Below, one piece after another: positions 56,486 through 64,000 of a DNA stretch of 64,000 bases. Within the stretch, counting starts at the first letter, position 1. Each line of letters begins with the position of its first letter. The stretch is from the human T2T-CHM13v2.0 reference genome, Homo sapiens. Below the pieces are notes generated by a model. The model made no database searches, was not told the origin of the DNA, and was given only the letters and a program-made list of their open reading frames with translations. The stretch lies in NCBI RefSeq assembly GCF_009914755.1, contig NC_060939.1; one strand, written 5' to 3'. The position numbers and the translations under genes are program-made.

Positions 56486-59400
56486 TTGAGTCCATTCAAT
56501 TCCATTCCTTTCGTTTCCATTCCATTTGATGCCATTCCATTCAATTCTGTTCTACTCGACTCCAATACATTCAATTCCATTCCATCCGATTCCATTACAT
56601 TCTTTTCATTTCTTATCCATTTCAAGCCATTCCACTCCATTCCATTCCACTCGTTTCCTTTCCATTCGAGTCCATTCCTCTCCAGTCCATTCCGTTCAAT
56701 CCATTCCATTCCAGTCCATTCCATTCGAGTCCGTTCCATTCCAGTCCATTCCATTCGAGTCAATTCCATCCCATTCGATGTCTTTCCATAACGATCCATT
56801 CCATTCTATTCCTTTCGATTCCATTCCATTCTATTTCATTCCATTCGATTCCCTTCCATTGGACTCCTTTCCATTAGAGTGCATTCCATTCCGTTCCATT
56901 TCTTTCCGTTCTGTACGATTCCTACCGTTCGATTTCATTTTGTTCCAGTCCATTCCTTTCGCGTCCATTCCATTCCATTTCACTCCATTCGATTCCATTC
57001 CACTCGATTCCACTTCGTTCCATTTCATTGCATTCCATTCTATTCAACTCTATTGCCTTCCATTCCATTCCATTCGATTACATTCCATGCGATTCCATTC
57101 GAAATCGAATCAATTACATTACAATCCATTACTATTGAGTCCGTTTTATTCCAGTCCACTGCATTCTGGTCCATTCCATTTGATTCCATTCCATTCTATT
57201 CCATTCCATACAGTTGCATTCCATTGGATTCCATGCTATATCTATAAATTCAATTCGAGACCATTGCTTTTGATTCCATTCTATATGTTTCCATTCCATT
57301 CAAGTCCATTACATTTGGTTCAATTCCATTCCATTCCATTCCCTTCCATTCCATTCCAGTTGATATCAATCCATTCGATTCCATTCCATTCGAGCACATT
57401 CCATTCGAGTCCATTCCATTCGATGCCATTCCATTTGATTCTATTCCATTAGTCTCCATTCAATTCCATTAATCTCCATTCCATTCCATTCTACTCCAAC
57501 TGATTCCATTCCATTCTATTCCTCTCCATTCCATTTCATTCCATTCCATTCCATTCCCTTCCATTCCATTCGTGTCCATTCCACTCCAGTCGATTCCATT
57601 TGTGTCCACTGCATTCCATTCCACTCCATTCCATATTATTCCATTACACTCCATTCCATTCTATTACTTTCATTTCCATTCAATTCCATTCCATTTGATT
57701 CCATTCCACTCGGTTTCATTCCATTTGAGTCCACTCCATTCCATTCCATTCCATTCCATTCCATTCAGTTCCATTCCATTCTGTTCCATTCCATTCCGTT
57801 CCATTGCATTCCATTCCATTCGGTACCATTCCATATTGTTCCATTCGATTCCATTCGAATCCATTCCATTCCAGTCCATTCCATTCGATTCCATTCCATT
57901 CCTTTCAATTCCATTCCATTCCATTCCATTCCACTTGATTCCACTCCATTCCCTTCCACTGCATTCCATTCGATTCCATTCCATTGCATTGCATTCCATT
58001 CCATTGGACTGCATTCCATTCGATTCCATTCCATTCGAATCAATTACATAGCAATCCATTACATTCGAGTCTATTCTATTCCGTTCCATTCGATTTCGTT
58101 CCAATCCATTCGATTCCATTCCATTCGATTCCATTCCATACTATTGCATTCCATTCGATTACATTATATTCGAATAAGTTCCATTCAAGACCATTTCTTT
58201 TGAGTCCATTCTATTTGAGTCCATTCCCTTTGATTCCATAACATTTGAGTCCATTCAATTCCATTCCTTTCGTTTCCATTCCATTTGATGCCATTCCATT
58301 CAATTCTGTTCTACTCGACTCCAATACATTCAATTCCATTCCATCCGATTCCATTACATTCTTTTCATTTCTTATCCATTTCAAGCCATTCCACTCCATT
58401 CCATTCCACTCGTTTCCTTTCCATTCGAGTCCATTCCTCTCCAGTCCATTCCGTTCAATCCATTCCATTCCAGTCCATTCCATTCGAGTCCGTTCCATTC
58501 CAGTCCATTCCATTCGAGTCAATTCCATCCCATTCGATGTCTTTCCATAACGATCCATTCCATTCTATTCCTTTCGATTCCATTCCATTCTATTTCATTC
58601 CATTCGATTCCCTTCCATTGGACTCCTTTCCATTCGAGTGCATTCCATTCCGTTCCATTTCTTTCCGTTCTGTACGATTCCTACCGTTCGATTTCATTTT
58701 GTTCCAGTCCATTCCTTTCGCGTCCATTCCATTCCATTTCACTCCATTCGATTCCATTCCACTCGATTCCACTTCGTTCCATTTCATTGCATTCCATTCT
58801 ATTCAACTCTATTGCCTTCCATTCCATTCCATTCGATTACATTCCATGCGATTCCATTCGAAATCGAATCAATTACATTACAATCCATTACTATTGAGTC
58901 CGTTTTATTCCAGTCCACTGCATTCTGGTCCATTCCATTTGATTCCATTCCATTTTATTCCATTCCATACAGTTGCATTCCATTGGATTCCATGCTATAT
59001 CTATAAATTCAATTCGAGACCATTGCTTTTGATTCCATTCTATATGTTTCCATTCCATTCAAGTCCATTACATTTGGTTCAATTCCATTCCATTCCATTC
59101 CCTTCCATTCCATTCCAGTTGATATCAATCCATTCGATTCCATTCCATTCGAGCACATTCCATTCGAGTCCATTCCATTCGATGCCATTCCATTTGATTC
59201 TATTCCATTAGTCTCCATTCAATTCCATTAATCTCCATTCCATTCCATTCTACTCCAACTGATTCCATTCCATTCTATTCCTCTCCATTCCATTTCATTC
59301 CATTCCATTCCATTCCCTTCCATTCCATTCGTGTCCATTCCACTCCAGTCGATTCCATTTGTGTCCACTGCATTCCATTCCACTCCATTCCATATTATTC

Positions 59401-62400
59401 CATTACACTCCATTCCATTCTATTACTTTCATTTCCATTCAATTCCATTCCATTTGATTCCATTCCACTCGGTTTCATTCCATTTGAGTCCACTCCATTC
59501 CATTCCATTCCATTCCATTCCATTCAGTTCCATTCCATTCTGTTCCATTCCATTCCGTTCCATTGCATTCCATTCCATTCGGTACCATTCCATATTGTTC
59601 CATTCGATTCCATTCGAATCCATTCCATTCCAGTCCATTCCATTCGATTCCATTCCATTCCTTTCAATTCCATTCCATTCCATTCCATTCCACTTGATTC
59701 CACTCCATTCCCTTCCACTGCATTCCATTCGATTCCATTCCATTGCATTGCATTCCATTCCATTGGACTGCATTCCATTCGATTCCATTCCATTCGAATC
59801 AATTACATAGCAATCCATTACATTCGAGTCTATTCTATTCCGTTCCATTCGATTTCGTTCCAATCCATTCGATTCCATTCCATTCGATTCCATTCCATAC
59901 TATTGCATTCCATTCGATTACATTATATTCGAATAAGTTCCATTCAAGACCATTTCTTTTGAGTCCATTCTATTTGAGTCCATTCCCTTTGATTCCATAA
60001 CATTTGAGTCCATTCAATTCCATTCCTTTCGTTTCCATTCCATTTGATGCCATTCCATTCAATTCTGTTCTACTCGACTCCAATACATTCAATTCCATTC
60101 CATCCGATTCCATTACATTCTTTTCATTTCTTATCCATTTCAAGCCATTCCACTCCATTCCATTCCACTCGTTTCCTTTCCATTCGAGTCCATTCCTCTC
60201 CAGTCCATTCCGTTCAATCCATTCCATTCCAGTCCATTCCATTCGAGTCCGTTCCATTCCAGTCCATTCCATTCGAGTCAATTCCATCCCATTCGATGTC
60301 TTTCCATAACGATCCATTCCATTCTATTCCTTTCGATTCCATTCCATTCTATTTCATTCCATTCGATTCCCTTCCATTGGACTCCTTTCCATTCGAGTGC
60401 ATTCCATTCCGTTCCATTTCTTTCCGTTCTGTACGATTCCTACCGTTCGATTTCATTTTGTTCCAGTCCATTCCTTTCGCGTCCATTCCATTCCATTTCA
60501 CTCCATTCGATTCCATTCCACTCGATTCCACTTCGTTCCATTTCATTGCATTCCATTCTATTCAACTCTATTGCCTTCCATTCTATTCCATTCGATTACA
60601 TTCCATGCGATTCCATTCGAAATCGAATCAATTACATTGCAATCCATTACTATTGAGTCCGTTTTATTCCAGTCCACTGCATTCTGGTCCATTCCATTTG
60701 ATTCCATTCCATTCTATTCCATTCCATACAGTTGCATTCATTTGGATTCCATGCTATATCTATAAATTCAATTCGAGACCATTGCTTTTGAGTCCATTCT
60801 ATATGATTCCATTCCATTCAAGTCCACTACATTTGGTTCAATTCCATTCCATTCCATTCCCTTCCATTCCATTCCATTTGATATCAATCCATTCGATTCC
60901 ATTCCATTCGAGCACATTCCATTCGAGTCCATTCCATTCGATGCCATTCCATTTGATTCTATTCCATTAGTCTCCATTCAATTCCATTAATCTCCATTCC
61001 ATTCCATTCTACTCCAACTGATTCCATTCCATTCTATTCCTTTCCATTCCATTTCATTCCATTCCATTCCATTTCATTCCATTCCATTCCATTCGTGTCC
61101 ATTCCACTCCAGTCCATTCCATTCGTGTCCATTCCATTCCAGTCCATTCCATTTGTGTCCACTGCATTCCATTCCACTCCATTCCATATTATTCCATTAC
61201 ACTCCATTCCATTCTATTACTTTCATTTCCATTCAATTCCATTCCATTTGATTCCATTCCACTCGGTTTCATTCCATTTGAGTCCACTCCATTGCAGTCC
61301 ATTCCATTCCATTCAGTTCCATTCCATTCTGTTCCATTCCATTCCGTTCCATTGCATTCCATTCCATTCGGTACCATTCCATATTGTTCCATTCGATTCC
61401 ATTCGAATCCATTCCATTCCAGTCCATTCCATTCGATTCCATTCCATTCCTTTCAATTCCATTCCATTCCATTCCATTCCACTTGATTCCACTCCATTCC
61501 CTTCCACTGCATTCCATTCGATTCCATTCCATTGCATTGCATTCCATTCCATTGGACTGCATTCCATTCGATTCCATTCCATTCGAATCAATTACATAGC
61601 AATCCATTACATTCGAGTCTATTCTATTCCGTTCCATTCGATTTCGTTCCAATCCATTCGATTCCATTCCATTCGATTCCATTCCATACTATTGCATTCC
61701 ATTCGATTACATTATATTCGAATAAGTTCCATTCAAGAACATTTCTTTTGAGTCCATTCTATTTGAGTCCATTCCCTTTGATTCCATAACATTTGAGTCC
61801 ATTCAATTCCATTCCTTTCGTTTCCATTCCATTTGATGCCATTCCATTCAATTCTGTTCTACTCGACTCCAATACATTCAATTCCATTCCATCCGATTCC
61901 ATTACATTCTTTTCATTTCTTATCCATTTCAAGCCATTCCACTCCATTCCATTCCACTCGTTTCCTTTCCATTCGAGTCCATTCCTCTCCAGTCCATTCC
62001 GTTCAATCCATTCCATTCCAGTCCATTCCATTCGAGTCCGTTCCATTCCAGTCCATTCCATTCGAGTCAATTCCATCCCATTCGATGTCTTTCCATAACG
62101 ATCCATTCCATTCTATTCCTTTCGATTCCATTCCATTCTATTTCATTCCATTCGATTCCCTTCCATTGGACTCCTTTCCATTAGAGTGCATTCCATTCCG
62201 TTCCATTTCTTTCCGTTCTGTACGATTCCTACCGTTCGATTTCATTTTGTTCCAGTCCATTCCTTTTGCGTCCATTCCATTCCATTTCACTCCATTCGAT
62301 TCCATTCCACTCGATTCCACTTCGTTCCATTTCATTGCATTCCATTCTATTCAACTCTATTGCCTTCCATTCCATTCCATTCGATTACATTCCATGCGAT

Positions 62401-64000
62401 TCCATTCGAAATCGAATCAATTACATTACAATCCATTACTATTGAGTCCGTTTTATTCCAGTCCACTGCATTCTGGTCCATTCCATTTGATTCCATTCCA
62501 TTTTATTCCATTCCATACAGTTGCATTCCATTGGATTCCATGCTATATCTATAAATTCAATTCGAGACCATTGCTTTTGATTCCATTCTATATGTTTCCA
62601 TTCCATTCAAGTCCATTACATTTGGTTCAATTCCATTCCATTCCATTCCCTTCCATTCCATTCCAGTTGATATCAATCCATTCGATTCCATTCCATTCGA
62701 GCACATTCCATTCGAGTCCATTCCATTCGATGCCATTCCATTTGATTCTATTCCATTAGTCTCCATTCAATTCCATTAATCTCCATTCCATTCCATTCTA
62801 CTCCAACTGATTCCATTCCATTCTATTCCTTTCCATTCCATTTCATTCCATTCCATTCAATTCCCTTCCATTCCATTCGTGTCCATTCCACTCCAGTCGA
62901 TTCCATTTGTGTCCACTGCATTCCATTCCACTCCATTCCATATTATTCCATTACACTCCATTCCATTCTATTACTTTCATTTCCATTCAATTCCATTCCA
63001 TTTGATTCCATTCCACTCGGTTTCATTCCATTTGAGTCCACTCCATTCCATTCCATTCCATTCCATTCCATTCAGTTCCATTCCATTCTGTTCCATTCCA
63101 TTCCGTTCCATTGCATTCCATTCCATTCGGTACCATTCCATATTGTTCCATTCGATTCCATTCGAATCCATTCCATTCCAGTCCATTCCATTCGATTCCA
63201 TTCCATTCCTTTCAATTCCATTCCATTCCATTCCATTCCACTTGATTCCACTCCATTCCCTTCCACTGCATTCCATTCGATTCCATTCCATTGCATTGCA
63301 TTCCATTCCATTGGACTGCATTCCATTCGATTCCATTCCATTCGAATCAATTACATAGCAATCCATTACATTCGAGTCTATTCTATTCCGTTCCATTCGA
63401 TTTCGTTCCAATCCATTCGATTCCATTCCATTCGATTCCATTCCATACTATTGCATTCCATTCGATTACATTATATTCGAATAAGTTCCATTCAAGACCA
63501 TTTCTTTTGAGTCCATTCTATTTGAGTCCATTCCCTTTGATTCCATAACATTTGAGTCCATTCAATTCCATTCCTTTCGTTTCCATTCCATTTGATGCCA
63601 TTCCATTCAATTCTGTTCTACTCGACTCCAATACATTCAATTCCATTCCATCCGATTCCATTACATTCTTTTCATTTCTTATCCATTTCAAGCCATTCCA
63701 CTCCATTCCATTCCACTCGTTTCCTTTCCATTCGAGTCCATTCCTCTCCAGTCCATTCCGTTCAATCCATTCCATTCCAGTCCATTCCATTCGAGTCCGT
63801 TCCATTCCAGTCCATTCCATTCGAGTCAATTCCATCCCATTCGATGTCTTTCCATAACGATCCATTCCATTCTATTCCTTTCGATTCCATTCCATTCTAT
63901 TTCATTCCATTCGATTCCCTTCCATTGGACTCCTTTCCATTCGAGTGCATTCCATTCCGTTCCATTTCTTTCCGTTCTGTACGATTCCTACCGTTCGATT
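56486..64000 (+). repeat. Cluster of 1759-bp variant units (F-F-G-F-...), possible 5307 bp trimer
   Basis: Units 56486, 58245 and 61793 are 1759 bp and share TTACATTACAATCC, TTTTGATTCCATTCTATATGTTT and CCAGTCGATTCC. CCATTAGAGTG occurs only at ~56871 and ~62178. Confidence 0.8.

Larger units (their letters stand above)
877..63551 (+). repeat. ~1.8 kb higher-order repeat unit of HSat3, 35 complete head-to-tail copies plus partial copies at both window ends
   Basis: The anchor TTGAGTCCATTCA (start of the 'MSPF' ORF) recurs at 877, 2736, 4536, 6300, 8099, 9898, 11692, 13496, 15295, 17094, 18873, 20672, 22466, 24260, 26069, 27853, 29637, 31436, 33200, 34973, 36782, 38556, 40365, 42169, 43973, 45772, 47566, 49365, 51124, 52938, 54697, 56486, 58245, 60004, 61793 and 63552. 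Spacings are 1759-1859 bp. Landmarks such as GGTACC, CTGTACGATTCCTACC, CTATATCTATAAATT, GTTGATATC and CTCCAACTG occur once per unit. Confidence 0.97.
1..64000 (+). repeat. Human satellite 3 (HSat3/SatIII) array: diverged (CATTC)n / (GGAAT)n pentamer tandem repeat, single orientation
   Basis: Every line consists of CATTC/ATTCC pentamers with variants such as ATTCG, AGTCC, ATTGC and ATTCT. Long perfect CATTC runs are present, and the CATTCGATGATGATT-type motifs typical of HSat2 are lacking. No GGAAT-rich stretch occurs on +. Confidence 0.98.
1..64000 (+). repeat. Probable D15Z1-type 1.8 kb KpnI satellite III family (chromosome 15 short-arm heterochromatin; HSat3A5 subfamily)
   Basis: The sequence shows a 1.8 kb period with one KpnI site (GGTACC, e.g. 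449-454, 2303-2308, 4113-4118) per unit in a CATTC satellite. It is established that the chr15 SatIII family D15Z1 was defined as a 1.8 kb KpnI repeat, that DYZ1 (Y) has a ~3.6 kb unit, and that the 1.77 kb chr1 family is HSat2. Not confirmed by alignment; related arrays occur on other acrocentrics. Confidence 0.75.

Noticed and set aside
1-64000. CRISPR array or other repeat-spacer system
   Set aside because: There are no unique spacers. All intervening sequence is itself degenerate CATTC and repeats in each unit, and no cas-like ORFs are present.
1-64000. Embedded Alu/L1/ERV insertion, strand inversion or unique island
   Set aside because: Anchor spacing never departs from 1759-1859 bp. 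I saw no poly(A), GC-rich or GGAAT-rich (+ strand) segment.
1-64000. Identification as HSat2 (chr1 1.77 kb), DYZ1 (3.6 kb) or alpha satellite
   Set aside because: The array lacks HSat2 GATGAT motifs and per-unit EcoRI sites. The base period is 1.8 kb, with 3.6 kb only as local dimers. There is no 171-bp monomer or CENP-B box.

Overview
The whole 64 kb window is one uninterrupted array of human classical satellite 3 (HSat3/SatIII), a diverged (CATTC)n pentamer repeat, with the C-rich strand on + throughout. The pentamers are organised into a ~1.8 kb higher-order unit. There are 36 anchor copies at 1759-1859 bp spacing (mean ~1791 bp), normally with one KpnI site per unit. This matches the classical 1.8 kb KpnI SatIII family D15Z1 of chromosome 15p heterochromatin; the assignment is inferred and was not checked by alignment. 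I saw no genes, RNA genes, transposon insertions, inversions or CRISPR arrays. All ORFs in the track are artefacts of translating a stop-poor pentamer repeat. I found no evidence of a new gene-based system. What is interesting is the array's internal structure: an ancient duplication inside the unit (offset 829 bp), near-strict 5-bp quantisation of indels, two unit haplotypes, local monomer, dimer and trimer duplications, one mappable crossover, and rare restriction-site variants. All counts and marker comparisons were made by eye or from ORF-track coordinates.
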